From Felis catus (taxonomy: Eukaryota): a DNA stretch of 64,000 bases. Each line of letters begins with the position of its first letter. Within the stretch, counting starts at the first letter, position 1. The translations under genes and the position numbers were made by a program. The notes under the pieces were generated by a model. The model ran no database searches. It was given only the letters and a program-made list of their open reading frames with translations, and had not been told where the DNA came from. Location: assembly GCF_018350175.1 (NCBI RefSeq), contig NC_058369.1:27406001-27470000 (forward strand), in the 5' to 3' direction. Below are positions 38,360-51,499 of this stretch, piece after piece.

Positions 38360-38944
38360 ACCTTCAGAAGTGTTCCCAGGCACAAAGGACAGAAATCCAA
38401 CTAACAGTGGCTTAAACTGAAATGGGAATTTGTTAGTTCACATAACTATAAAATCTTGAATGGGTCTGAATCTGAGTTTGGCTAGAAACAGGGACTATGC
38501 AATTTTGGGAGGATTAAGAGTCTCTCTACTCCCATTTCTATGCTTTGTTTGCACCTACTTTGCTGTCACTCCAGGGAGAGACCCCTCAGGACTCTGGGCC
38601 CTTGTGACTCTGGCCTTGGCTTAGCCTTCCAGCAAGCCAACCCAATGCAGAGACAGCTCTTCCTTCTCCAAAATCCAAGCCAAGTCCTAGGATTGATTAT
38701 TCTTAGATCAGTTCAGGTCATGAGACCATCTCCAAACCAATCAGTTTGACATGGAGACATAGTACAATGATAGGCCAGGCTAAGGTCAAGGCTACCCTGG
38801 AGCCCTAGAGACGGGAGGAGGCTCAGCTCCACCCCAAACTCATGGACGGAGAATGAAGAGAAAAGATTCCCAAGGAAAATAAAAATGACATTTCCAGAAA
38901 AGCGGTACTGAATATGCAGCATGCAAAAATAACTGATGTCCACC
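38360..38944 (-). mobile_element. MaLR LTR, MLT1J/K/L-like
   Basis: 'acagaaatccaactaacagtggcttaaac..ttcacataact..ccaaaccaatcag..tgataggccagg..gatgtccac'. Confidence 0.65.
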
Positions 38945-38984
38945 TTGGGTGAGGTTCTTATTGTTACTTTGGAGAAAGAAGCTT

Positions 38985-39391
38985 GTTATGTCATCTGTCT
39001 TACTTGGGCACCAAGAATCCCCTGCTGGACACAGGGCAGGCTCTCCCAGAAATTTATGGGTGTTTGGACAAATGACATATAGGAACCAGCAGATATGAAA
39101 TAAAGTTTATTAATCATTTATAAACAGCCAAAGGATTCAGTTTCTATTCAGAATGAAGCAAGAGAAAGGAAAGAGAATCAGGTGGTTTGGGGAATTTTAT
39201 TGGTGCTTAAAAGATAGGGTTGAGATACAGGTTTCCTCTAAACACTCGGGTTTGAGTGGAATGAACTTCCCTGCCAGGTCTTGAGGTTCCTCATGGACTT
39301 GCCCAGATATGGAGTCATAAATGAGGAGGAGTGGGGTTTGAAAGCTATCAGCAGTCAAACCTCAAACATGGGCTTAGACTCTTGATTATAC
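38985..39391 (-). mobile_element. ERV solo LTR (MER67/MER77-type; family uncertain)
   Basis: End 'gaaagctatcagcagtcaaac.tcaaa.atgg...agactctt.attatac' is the reverse complement of a TGTAATAAAGAGTCTGACTCCATTTTTG-type LTR start; AATAAA on minus near 39107. Confidence 0.6.
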
Positions 39392-39430
39392 TTTCTTACT
39401 CTACTTTGAGGTTAAGAACAAAACAAAACT

Positions 39431-39640
39431 GGGGCACCTGGGTGGCTCAGTCGGTTGAGCGTCTGGCTTCGGCTCAGGTCACGATCTCACGGTTTTTGAG
39501 TTCGAGCCCCATGTCGGACTCTGTGCTGACAGTTCAGAGCCTGGAGCCTGCTTCCAATTCTGTGTCTCCCTCTCTCTCTGCTCCTCCCCCAATCTTGCTC
39601 TCTCTCTTTCAAAAATAAATAAACATTAAAAAAAAATTCG
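39431..39640 (+). mobile_element. Felid SINEC_Fc
   Basis: 'ggggcacctgggtggctcagtcggttgagcgtc..gagttcgagcccc..agagcctggagcctgc..aaaaataaataaacatt'. Confidence 0.96.
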
Positions 39641-40204
39641 AAACAAAACATAGAAGTCAAGACTTTGAAATCCTGCTTACCTCAAACAAGCCTTGCCTCC
39701 CAGCATTTGTTTCTGATCAGTGTTGGAAAGGGAACATGTGAAAAATTTCCAAGCCACCTCCTATTTATAATACACAAAGGAAATGGGTGTGATTTGCACA
39801 TGTGGGTTTTCATTAATGAGCAACAACAATGTATCTTTTCTAAGAGGAAAATGGTTATCATGGAGATAAAGCTCTGGTGGCTGCATGCTCAGCATGGTGC
39901 TAGGGTTGATATTTACAAAGATAAATAAAGACTAATATTCCTGCCCACAGGAGCAGGTGAAGTCGTTCATGAGATCAATGCATGACTCCTAAGGGCTGAA
40001 GTGTGGATGGGGTCTTGCAGATTAGATACAAGTGGTACAGGAGGTAGTGACATATTATTTCTGACCGAGGTCTTATTGCTATCAGGGTATGTTTTAAAAA
40101 AGTGATATTCAACATGATGCTTGACAAACTAGATGCATTTTTATGCTCTAAGACTGGATAGACATACAGAACAGGTTAAAAATAACATCAATTACATGAG
40201 TATG

Positions 40205-40535
40205 CAAAAGAGCAAACCATTGTACTCCACAACCCGATGGAATCTCACAGATGGTACATTGAACAAAAAAGTTCATAGAGTATGATTTCATTCATATGTA
40301 CTTTAATAATAAGCAAAAGTAATCTACCACAATGAATGTAAACAGTTACTTCAGAGTAGAGGTGAGTACTGACTGGGAGGGGGCACAGGGTAGCCTTTGG
40401 AAGGTGGGAAAGGGGTTGTAAATTTTCTCATCTTGAGAGGGGTTATAAGGGTGCATATATGTAAACACCCATAAACTTAACATTTAAAATTTATTAGTAT
40501 ATGTGCATTTTACCTAAATGGAAAGAAAAAAAAAA
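40205..40535 (+). mobile_element. Old L1 (L1MC/MD-like) 3'UTR
   Basis: 'gaatctcaca..gtatgatttcattcatat..gcaaaagtaatcta..gactgggagggggcac'. Confidence 0.65.
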
Positions 40536-40573
40536 ACACGGCAGAAATAGCCTAACAGTAAAAACCATACTTC

Positions 40574-41075
40574 TGTGCATGCAGAAGACTGAATAATGGC
40601 CCCTGAAAGATGTCCATATCATAATACCTAGAATGTGTAAATATGTTACCTTACATGGTAAGAGAAACTTGACAGATCATGATGATTTTGAGGATCTTGA
40701 AGTGGGGAGTTTAGTCTGGATTATCCATGTGGGTCTGGTGTAATCACAAGGGGGCATTATAAGAGGGAACAGGAGAGTCAAAGGCAGAAGAGGGTGATGG
40801 GAGAACAGAAGCAGAGGTTGGGGTGATGAGCTCTGAGGATGGAAGAAGGGGCCACGAGGCCAGGAATACTGGTGGTTCCTAGAAGCTTGGGAAAGACAAG
40901 GAAACATCCCTAGAACCTCCAGGAGGAATGCTGGCCGCTAAGACTTGATTTTAGCCCACTGAAACTGATTCATTTCAGACTTCTGACCCACAGAACTGTA
41001 TAATAATAAATTTGTGCTGTTTTAATCCACCAGGCTTATGGTAATTTGTTACAGCAGCTGTAGGAAACTCACACA
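40574..41075 (+). mobile_element. MaLR solo LTR, MLT1D-like
   Basis: 'gaataatggcccc..aagatgtcca..aatatgttaccttacatgg..ggattatcc..ggatggaagaagggg..aataaatttgtg..ggtaatttgttacagcagc..aggaaact'. Confidence 0.9.
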
Positions 41076-41079
41076 GTGC

Positions 41080-41290
41080 GTATTATTTGCCAAGGAGGGA
41101 ATTACACTCATATGCTATTTCTAATCTTAGTTCATCTTCATAACTGCCCTTTGAGGCTGATATTAACATTTAACCTCATTTTGCAAAGGAGAAAAGTGAG
41201 GCTCAGACAAGTGTCTCCCAAACAAAAGAAGTGGAGAAACCATGATTTGGATACAGACTCCAGAGCTCAAGGTCTTCCTAACTCAGTTTT
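41080..41290 (-). mobile_element. MIR
   Basis: 'cttcataactgccctttgagg..cctcattttgcaaaggagaaaagtgaggctcaga'. Confidence 0.75.
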
Positions 41291-44037
41291 GCCCTTGCCA
41301 AGCAGAAGAGGCAGCAGCAGCAAACCTGCAGAGGTCATGGTTTGGAGGACCCAGAGTGCAGCCCATGCCCCAGGAGCAGTCTCATGGCTTTCTTTCTAGT
41401 TGGCATGTTCTGCCTGCAGAACAGTCAGTCCAGCCTCCTCCAGGGTCTATGGCCATGAGGAAGAGGGTGTGGATTTGTCAGGTGCTGTAAAAAACTTCGG
41501 TGACTGGAGACTTGTTTCAGGACCATGGCAAGCATTTGAAATATTTCACTTGTGTCCACTGGGCATCACATTTCATGAAGATGGTGTGATCTAAGTTCAC
41601 TAAAAAAATAAGTCTCTCCCTGAATGTCCTGTACTGAGTTGATGCTGTCAGCTGTACTCATGTACACACATGAATATGTGTTTGGTTTTACTAGGGAGTT
41701 TTACCAAGTTATTGTTCTATCTCCCCAAATCCTAGGATGCCACCAAACCCATCTTTATTTTGCAAATGTGTAGTCAGAAGACTGTTCAGCTGAACTGTAC
41801 AGAGAATTACATCAACTAATACAGGAGCCAAACCTGTGATTCTGGTTTCTGGAGCTCTATATTCGATGCTACTGAAAATAGGATATGACTTGCCCAGCTA
41901 ACTGAAAGCAGTGCTCATTTTTCTTTAAGCCTTCTGGATGGTTCTGCCAGGTCATACAGTGAATGGCTGTGGTCTCCACTTTGCCCAAAGAAACACAATG
42001 GTTAGGACTGAAGGCTTTGCAGGCAATCAGAATACCAGCTCCATCTCCTACCAGCTGTGTGACCACTGCAGGTCTCTACCCTTCAATACCAGCTGTGTGA
42101 CCACTGCAGGTCTCTACCTTTCAATATATATCATGTATCTAAAACAATGTTTTTATTCTTCCAAACCCAGAAAGAATGTTAGATCTTTCAAGAACTTCAG
42201 GGACCATCTAGTCCAGTTTCCACATTTTATAGGTGGAGAAATTTGGCCAAGAGCAGAGGTGAGTGAGTAGGCCAATGGACGAGAGAGAAGTGAGTGGCCA
42301 TTCCAACTGTATGGATACTGTCAGTGCGAGGTTGGCTGATCATGAAAAAAGCATTACCATCAGAAGCATTTCCGGTATACTATTAAGATCTATGATATGG
42401 TAATCATTTGAACAACTATGGTTATTAGTCTTATTTGCAGACACAGTGTTCAATTATGCAGAGCACTCAAGTGCAACAGTCCCATGGAAATTTCTCAGCC
42501 ATCAGTGCAGAGAGACTATTTTAAATGAATATATTCAGTGGTTTCCTCAGACCTACTTATCATACACAGGAGACCAACTTCCCATGGAAAATCAGTTCAC
42601 TACAAGGGGAGGCATGGGAGCTTTAAAACGCTTCTTATTGCACAGTAGCTAAATAATGTTTTGAATAAATAATCTTACCTTCTTGCCATCTAGGCTGTCC
42701 AGAAGGCTGTATGCAAATCTCCAAGTAAGCAGAGGTTAGTTTCTTGGCCTTGTCCTAAGGAACATCCCTATACAAAGAAATCAATACCTCATTATCCATG
42801 GAGCCCTCCTGATGCTCACAAGCTGGTTTTATGTATTTATTTGCAATGTGAAGGGAAGCAGGCTTAAAATAAATACTTATAAAAAGACCACAGCACATCA
42901 CACACATATACACGATTCAATAACTACATCATACGGACATTCTTCTGGAACTCTTAGACTCAAAGTATTCTGTTGGATTTCAAACACCTGTCAGAGTCAC
43001 CGCTGTTACTATTGGAGAATTTTGCCAAAATTTGCTCAAATTCTCCTTTTTCTGGTCGTGTTTTCTCACACCTTTGCTGCAGACTGTGACTAAGCCAGAG
43101 CCACTCTGATGAGTCTTGAATGAAGCCTCTTCCCATTGGGAGCTTGTCAAAGTTTAGGAAGTGTTGACCATAAGAAAAAAAGGACCGGGAGTCCTATCTG
43201 GGACTTCAAAGTTTTGTTTTTTTTTTTTTTTCAAAATGATTTTGAACTGGCCTAAGTTGTATTAGAGGGTGATGGATGGTGCTTGGGTTGGCCTCTCAAT
43301 TGAACAAAATGCATTCTACTGATGAGTGTGGCTTCAGCAAAAGACCAGGAAGCAAAGCTCTGGATTTGACTTTGTGTCATAGGGTAGAGGGTTTTCAGCT
43401 CCCTGGGCCCAAAGTCTGGAATGATAAGCTGTCCAGGCCTGTGCATTCAGCTGAAGAAAAGACTGCAGCCAGACCAGAAAAAGTTAAAAAAAAAAAAAGC
43501 CTTTTCTGTAGAATCCTTTAGCCTAGAAAGGATTTCATTCAGCAAAGAGTCCATGAATGGGACCTCGGGGGATACTCCTTAAAATAGATCCAGATATTCA
43601 CACATGGCCTGTCCTTTGGATAAGCTCACACATAGACTTTAGAACTACCTTTGCCATAAAGATCACATCTTTTTACACCCTCACATGCTCCCCCTGTCAG
43701 CCTCTAGCCTTAGTCTGCCCATTGCATTAGGGATTCTTGATGTTTTCTTAGCAAAGAAAGAATGGTGATAGGATGTGTCCCATTATGCAGGAGCTTGTCT
43801 ACCTTAGGAATATATCACTTAGTTTGGATGCATTGGTAGAGCTTTTCAGTCCTGGGGAAAACATAGGAATACTTACTATTCTAAGGACATTTTTTTTTGT
43901 AGTTCAGTCGTGCAGTTGCTCTGTCCTTTAAGAAGTCCTGTGCTCCAAGTTTGTGTCCCACTTAATGTACAAAGGCAGCTGTGGGAGGGTGAATGAGAAG
44001 GCGGTACTGCTGTTAGTTCTTTATTCATTTATCCAAT

Positions 44038-44039
<2 letters not shown>

Positions 44040-44086
<47 letters not shown>

Positions 44087-44106
44087 TGCACACGTGTGTG
44101 TGTGTA
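44040..44106. repeat. (TG)n microsatellite
   Basis: Direct reading. Confidence 0.95.
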
Positions 44107-44120
44107 TTTTAAGAATAGTG

Positions 44121-44314
44121 CTTTTAAAATGTATATGTATTTTTGAGAGAGAGCAGGGGGAGGGGCAGAGAGACAGGGACAGAGAGAATCCCAAGCAGGC
44201 TCCACACTGTCAGCGCAGAACCTGATACTGGGCTCAAACTCACAAACTACAAGATCATGACCTGAGCTGAAACCAAGAGTTGGACGCTTAACCAACTGAG
44301 CCACCCAGGTACCT
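44121..44314 (-). mobile_element. Can-SINE
   Basis: 'gagaatcccaagcaggctccacactgtcagcgcag..gatcatgacctgagctga..gagccacccaggt'. Confidence 0.93.
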
Positions 44315-44324
44315 CAGTCAGGAT

Positions 44325-45030
44325 ATTCTTACTCAGAATTTACTATGTGCCTCTTTGCCAAGTGCTGGGCATATAGAATTAATAAGAGTTCATTCCTTGC
44401 CCTCATGAAGCTTCCTTGCTTTCTAGTGATGGAGACAGAGTAAACACATATAGTACTCCCTGGATGTGATAAGAAGAAGGAATTAAATAAATAAGAGGCT
44501 GATGCTGCCAGCACTGTAGAGGAGCCTCATCAGCTGTGGGCACAGAAGTTCTCTTGGAGGAGGTAGTATTGAAGCTGAGACTTAAACCATGAGAGAAAGC
44601 CACCTAATACTGGAATCAGGAAAAGAACATTCTAGACAGAGGAAAATAGAAAATGAAAAGGCACTGGGCCAGGAGAGAACTTGGTGAAATTGATATTATA
44701 AGAAGGAAAAGCTGTCTAGTAAAAGGGGAACCTGGCAAGGAAAGAGGAGAGCAAGTGTCAGAGAGGTGGGCAGAGGCAAGATCCTAGAGAAGCTTATAGG
44801 CCAGGGATAGGCATTTGGGTTTTATTTTATGTACAGTGGGAACCATTAAAATATTTTAAGTGGAAAATAATGGGCTCTGGCTGACACCTTTTAGTGAAAT
44901 GTGATTCATGTGGAGGATAAATTAGAGCATGGAAGCCAGGAGGAGGGGCTGGGCGATTGTCCTCAAAGTCAGACCAGTGTTGATGGTGGTTTGGTCTAGA
45001 GCAATGGCAGAGGAGCAAGAATAGAGAAAT
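44325..45030 (-). mobile_element. L2 fragment
   Basis: 'tactatgtgcc..ccttgccctcatgaagctt..tctagtgatggagacag..gaagctgagac..gggaaccattaaaatattttaag'. Confidence 0.8.
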
Positions 45031-45235
45031 AGGTAGAAAGATAGAGGGGCATACCGTGAGATTATGAGTCTAGAGATGCACTAAGCAAGGTGATGGACTT
45101 GCTGTGGAAAGGATCCCTGAATGTTAACTTAGTGGATGGTACAAAATAGATGCTCAATGAAGGTTTGACCTGAAGTGAATCACATTTAGAGTTTTAGGTT
45201 CAAATTCAGTCTTTGCTTCTTATGGGTATTTAGGC

Positions 45236-45734
45236 TCTAGGGGAGAAAAATTAATTTCCCCTCTACTCTTCTGGGTTCTTGGCTGAGAGCTCCCCGCCTT
45301 TCCTCATAATGAAAAGACAGATTAACATGAGAAAAAAATTTAGTTGTATACATACCTAAGGTAGCCCCCCAAAGATATAAGACTTAAAGGCAGTCAGACA
45401 GTGAGGCTTATATACTATCCTGAGCTATATACTATCCTGATCTATGGAAAGGGTTAGGGGTCTGGGGCTTTAAAGGGAAGAAGGTAATTCACAGAAAGGT
45501 GAGAGGAGGTGATGTGAGGTAAACCAAGGTAACCCTGCCATGCATGTAAGTCTCTCAGGGAGAAAAGTTCTCTCTGGAAATAGCTCTCTTCTCACCATAC
45601 GCCCCTTACCTAAATTTTCTTGGGTAGGTAAGAGGGAGGTAAAAAGCTTTGCCTGGCTCTGCTGAGTCTGGATTGCTTTCAGCCCCACGTGCCAAAGTGG
45701 CACATTTTGAGATGGCACATTCTGCTTCCCTTCA
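45236..45734 (-). mobile_element. ERV1 solo LTR (MER34-like)
   Basis: Minus strand starts TGAAGGGAAGCAGAATGTGCCATCTCAAAATGTGCCACTTTGGCA; 'aaaagacagattaaca' internal; inserted into a MIR with TSD-like aggc/cggc. Confidence 0.8.
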
Positions 45735-47376
45735 CGGCAAACCCTTTACTCCCTCTCAGGCTTGGAGGGGATAGCAGATCTACAAATCCTTTGTAAGTGG
45801 CCGGCCACCCACATGCAAGGATTATGATGAGGACAGACATTTCTGGAGACATCAGTGCTCATACTGATTTTACCAAAGGCTCTTGGTGTTCACTGACCAG
45901 AGCTTGAGTGGCAGGTGACCAGCAGAACTTTGCATTTTATTTCCACCTCTACCCTGACTTCGAGGTTAACTCCCTGTGGGCCTTCCTATGCTGGGAAAGT
46001 AGAGAATGCTCCCTGCCCTTCCATTATTGACTTTGGATGAGTTTGTCCAGATCTTGTCAATTCAGATGCTCATTTGGCTCATGGACAAGAGGTTAGTGGG
46101 AACCAGGCTGCTACCACAGACCCATCTCAGGAAAATCAAAGAGCAGCTGGGGGCTCTTGGGGACTTATTCGTGGAGAACATTTGGGTATGTGGCTAATTA
46201 TATGCTTTATTATGGCTGCTGATTTGTGCTAGAAGCTGGTACCGTGCATGTTAACATTTAGCTCTAGTTAATGAAGTTGAGTTAAGCATTCAATATATCA
46301 CTGAGCTCACAATTTCTCCTCTTGGCTAGAACAACTTGGTGTAGAAAACTAACGGGTGATGGTGTTGGGGAAGAGAACACATTCACATAGTGAGTTTATT
46401 CCCTGTGACTTTGGGCTGTCTCCGATGTTGCATTGTGCACACACAGTATTAATGTGAGATAATTTTCAGTGGGATAAAACCCTGGGCTGTGTTAAGAGAA
46501 GTATCACTGTGATTGCTCATTAGCATAATCACAAAGAGCCCCTGTGTGGGCTCCAATGAGGCCAACTGGAACCCTGTGGTTTCTTTTGAGATAGTCTTCA
46601 TGTTTTAAAAAGAAATGGAAGCTGGCACAAAAATGTATTCAGCATGTGCCACTCAGCTCAGACCTAAGTTTAACCATCACTGATAACTTTAAAATACAGA
46701 GGATAAACAAGGTTACTTTTGACCTTTGCAATGAAGAAAATTATTTGCTCTGCTTTCATTCGTATTAGGAGGGGTTGCACATGTGGATCAATGAGATAAT
46801 AGACTCACCATTTCATTTTTCTTTCACTGCCATCTTTCATGTTGGGCTGAAAGAAGAAAAAAACAAAACACAAAACAATGTCCTCTATGGAAAACAACTA
46901 GATTGACCTTGATTCTTAGACATTCTTCCTCAGAGCCCAACTCCAGAGACCAGACACTCCGAAAGGTTTGGCAGGGAAGGGGTTGAGCTGCCCTGATGGG
47001 GCTGGTTACCAGAACCTCAAGTCTTCCAGAAAATCTGTTTTGAGAGCTTGCAAGCCTTCCAGAAAAGCTGGCTTGAGAGCTGTCCACCCCACAACCAAGA
47101 CTTCATCTCATGCGAATTAGCACATTCTCCCACTGTGTTGGGGTGTTCTATAGTGTTGTGGGGCAAGTAACTGGCTATTTTTCCTTGAGCACTTAGTAAA
47201 CACCAACCACTATGCTAGGTGTTTGAAATGCAGTACTTGACTCCATCCTCATTGCTGCTTCACGGAGGCCACTGCCCCTTGAATGCCCAGATATCAAATG
47301 AGAAAAACAGAAAACACAGCAGACAATGGGAAATGACTCTTAAGTCAAACTGATTTCCAAGTTCAAAGTTCTAAAC

Positions 47377-47586
47377 TAAGGGTGGGAAAACATTTTCCTT
47401 TAAGGGCACATAGTATGTAGTTTTGGCTTTGCTGGCTGTGAGTTCTTTGTTACAACTCACCTCTGATATAGAGGGACTGTGCCATAGACAGTATGTGAAT
47501 GACAGGTGTGGCCATGTTCTAAAAATCTTTTACAAAAAAGGTGGATATCCAGATTCACCCTGTGCCCCATGGTTTGCTGACCCCTA
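47377..47586. mobile_element. MER58A
   Basis: 'aaacattttcctttaagggc..atagta..ttttggctttgc..gccatagacagtatgtgaatga..gtttgctgacccct'. Confidence 0.8.
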
Positions 47587-47639
47587 TTCCTAAATGCCTG
47601 CTTCTTTTTTCTCCTCCGGGATCTTTGATGATTTCAAGT

Positions 47640-47825
47640 TTTGGAGTCCCATAGAGCCGGGCTCACATTCAGTCTCTGCCACTTGGTTACCATGTTGTGT
47701 TGGAGAAATCACTTATGGTCCATGAGCTTGGTTTTCCTTATCTGTTAAATGGGCTGAAGGACATCCTAAGAGGGTAGTTGGGAAAATCAAATGAGAGAAT
47801 GAGTGTGAAACCTGGAACACAGAGT
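47640..47825 (+). mobile_element. MIR
   Basis: 'tctgccactt..aatcactta..gttttccttatctgttaaatggg..aaatgagagaatg'. Confidence 0.75.
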
Positions 47826-49719
47826 GTGTCGCTGAGAGAGCTGATGGACTGTGGCCTCAGGTCCTTGGGAGATGCTGTGCTGATCCTGCTCCTGACTCCA
47901 GGGAGAGTCAACCTAGGTCTGTGTGCAGTACCCAAGCCTCCTCACAGCAGGCAGGGAATGTTCTGGGGCCAGGGACCAGCTTTCATTCCTGTTTCTGTCT
48001 CCAAAAGAACAATTTGGCATCAGGGAACAAAAGTCAGCTTACAATGGGAATTCAGGCCCCTAAGATCCCAGAGAATGTGGGGTCTAATATTAAAGCACAA
48101 AGGAGGAAAGCAAGACATTTTTTAAAAAAGCTTTTTAGAAATGGTAAGAGATACAAAGAGCCCCTCACTGTTTTACACTTGTAAAGAGACCCCTGCCGGA
48201 TTCCCAGTTCTAATCTGCAATAAAAAGCTACAGGGCTACAATAAGGCATCTGGTTCCATTGACTCACTTCCTTTTTTCTCCATAGCCTCTGGCATGAAAA
48301 CTCAAACCAGTGAGACACTTTAGAATTGGCTTCAGCAGTGCTTTTCCTGTCAATCAGCTGCAGGTACAGGAAACACAAACATGGTGACATGACACAATTT
48401 CTGTTTTAATATCTGTACATCTGATATGATCACCCTAGAGGAACCACAGTCCTCAGCTATTTACTTACAGCTCCCTGTGGCACAGAGGCCTGGGGCAATT
48501 AAACCACAGAATTAGATTGAAATAATAGTAATGGTGGTGATGAGAACACACAGGGCCAGACAGGCGGGGTCCTGGCTCAGCCTCACATAGGCAGGGTGAG
48601 TGGGCTTTGGTCATTTTATTTAACAAGTGTTATACACATTTATCTATTTTCCTTTACTGAGACAAGCAAAGAATGATTCATTCTTTTCTCTCCTATCACC
48701 TGTTGAGTAGCTTAAATCCCAAAAGGCATTATTAGCTCACATAACTAAAAAGTCTAGGGGTCTATTGGCTTCAAGTATAGCTGGATCCAGGAAGCCTAAT
48801 CCATGTCATTAGAATTTAGATACCCTCACACACACTTTGTGCATGTTTTCTCCCTGCCCCCCTCTTTCTTTCTCTGCATCTCTCACTCATTTATTCATTA
48901 AATAGATGGAAAAAATTAGAAGGGCCCGATGGCAATAGTGTCGCTGAGGTTTAGAGTCAGGTGAGGGTGGTCAAAGAAGATTTGCTACAGGAGGAAGTGT
49001 CTGTGTTTGGGATTCAACCTGTACTTACCAAATATCTACTGGACTTTTTGCCATGGTTGTTCAGTTTCCTGGACACCATCCTGTACCAACAGCATGAGAT
49101 TCTCAAGGAAAAGCTCTGACCTATGTTTTTCTTTAGCAAGTTCCCTCTGAATCTTGTGCACATTCCAGCTGAGAACAGTCTTAGGGGGTAATAGCCTCTC
49201 ATTCTGCACAATTAAGCAATGAAATTTAATCCAAGCCTGAATAGTGAAGCTAGACCAGGAAGTACAAAATATGTAGGATGGATACTTTAAAGAGTTTCCA
49301 GAACACTAACTCTGGAAGGCCGTTGGATCCCCCTATTCTCCAGCCTTCCTGAGTAATCGACACAGACAACCCTGACTTACAAGTGAGCCCTGTTGTAGGT
49401 AGACAGCCTCCCTGGGACCCTATAGAAGATGGTATTGTCTTTTTCATGCAGCAGTGCAGAAAGCATGGAAGTCTTGTGTAGAGTCTATCTCTAGCCAGCC
49501 TTAGCTCTGGATGACGTGCCTAGAAAAAAAGCCTCATAGATACTAAGTCCCCAGGACATTTTCGTGAGTTCCTTTCATCTATCGCTGCAATCTTGGGAAA
49601 GGAAAGTGCAGTGTTTCTAACTCATGTGCTCCTAGATCTTCTTGCTATGCCAGATCTTAGTGAGGGCTCCGAAGTCTGCAGAGAGATGGCTGTGGTCACC
49701 ATTTTGCTCTGCCCCCACA

Positions 49720-50330
49720 GGCTGACCTTGAACGACTCTGAGCCTGTTATTGAGCATTTCTGAGCCTCAGTTTTCTCCTAGGCAACGCCTATCTTGCAAG
49801 ATTGTGAAGATTAAAAGCAAGAACTCATGGGAGATGTTTACCATAAGATCTGGCACCTAATAAGTACTCAATAAATCTCAGCTACTTTGACTTGATCTTA
49901 TTAGTACTTGACCTATGTTGTACACAGAGAGGAGAAATAAGATTTTAATATGAGAAAGCTACCCGGTTCGTACATCTTTTGCAAACTAGTATTAGGTCAA
50001 TAGAGCCTTGGGGAAAGATTTGGCTTCTATTAGTTTCTCTATTGGCCTTAATTACATAAAATTAATTATATATAATTATACAGAAATGATAATGAATATT
50101 TAGTTCCTTTCCATGAAGGAATCAACAGAGCTTAGTAGTTAAGACCAAGACTTTTGGTGCAGGCGAGCCTCGTTCTGTCACTTAACTAACTCTACAATCT
50201 TGGGCAAGTGATTTAACTTCTCCAGCCTCAATTTTCTAGTGTATAACATGGGAAGAATAATAGGATTCATTTCACTGGCTTGTTGTGAAGATTAGTTGAT
50301 TTTTGGAAGTAAAGCACCATGTTTGCTCCA
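49720..50330 (+). mobile_element. Two MIR fragments (about 49720-49885 and 50130-50330)
   Basis: 'ctgagcctcagttttctc..tggcacctaataagtactcaataaa' and 'cttgggcaagtgatttaacttctccagcctcaattttc..gttgtgaagatta'. Confidence 0.8.
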
Positions 50331-50467
50331 CGGAAAGTGGTCCTCCTCCACCACTGCCACCACCACTATCAGTTACAAAGACCCTTGTCAAGAGGTGTAT
50401 CTGCGCGTTCCATATGGAAAGACAGTTTTGTTGGGTTTTCCTTTTTCTTACAAAAAAATGGCTATAT

Positions 50468-50677
50468 GGGGCACCTGGGTGGCTTAGTCAGTTAAGCATC
50501 CGATTTCAGCTCAGGTCATGATCTCACAGTTTGTGGGTTCAAGCCCCACATCAGGCTGTGTGCTGACGGCTCAGAGCCTGGAGCCTGCTTCGGATTCAGT
50601 GTCTCCCTCTCTCTCTGCCCCTCCCCCACTCATGCTCTGTCTCTCTTGCTGTCTCTAAAAAATAAAATAAAAACATT
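50468..50677 (+). mobile_element. Felid SINEC_Fc
   Basis: Typical body; TSD aaaaaatggctat on both sides. Confidence 0.96.
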
Positions 50678-51499
50678 AAAAAATGGCTATGCAATAAAAT
50701 GGCTTATTACTATCTACACTACTTATGTTACCAAAAAGGGGCTCTGCCAGACGGAGAAGAGAAGCTTGGATTGGAAGAAGTGGAAGAGGGGGATAGAGTG
50801 ACTTTCTCAGGTTACTTAAGACTGAATGTTCCAGGATCCTTGGGATTTGGATTGTGGGGTGCATCACCAATTTTTTTTTGTTGGATTTAGTTCTCTTTTC
50901 CTCCCTTTCCCTGTTCATCTCTATTTTTTTTTTTCTTTAGATGGTTATGGATATGGAGGTCTAGATTTTCCCCCTTGAAGTTGGGTCATTGCTTTTCTTC
51001 TACGGCAAATGCTGGAAAAACACAAAAGCACCATTTGTTTCTTTCTGCTTATTCATTCTTGCAACAGAATAGCTGGAGAATGGAGGAAAGCCCTATCAAA
51101 GGCATTCCTGTTCAAAGGAAAAACTCAATGATCACTATTACTGTTGGAAGTTCCTTCTGCTGCTTTGACAGCATAATCATTTTTCTCTCCTTGATTTTTG
51201 CCTGTTTCCCTGAGGCACCTGAACCTGAGATAGTTTTCCCCCTTTCAAGATGTGCCTATTGATTAGAAGGCATTAGGGGAGACTCAGCATGGTTCTAGGG
51301 CACAACCAGGGCACACCCAGGCCACACAGAGCTGGGTCTGCATTGCCACCAGTGGGAGGCATAGCACTGCTAGGCAGGAGAGGACTTTTGGAGGCCGGGG
51401 ACAAAAGAGACAAAAAAAAAAAAAACATTAAATCATAAGGCGCAATGTTGTTCTCTTTCCACCTTCTCTTTGAATCCTCAAGGAGCAGAACTCTGTCCG

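Noticed and set aside
45409..45442. 17-bp tandem repeat tatatactatcctga
   Set aside because: Ordinary slippage duplication inside an LTR; two copies only
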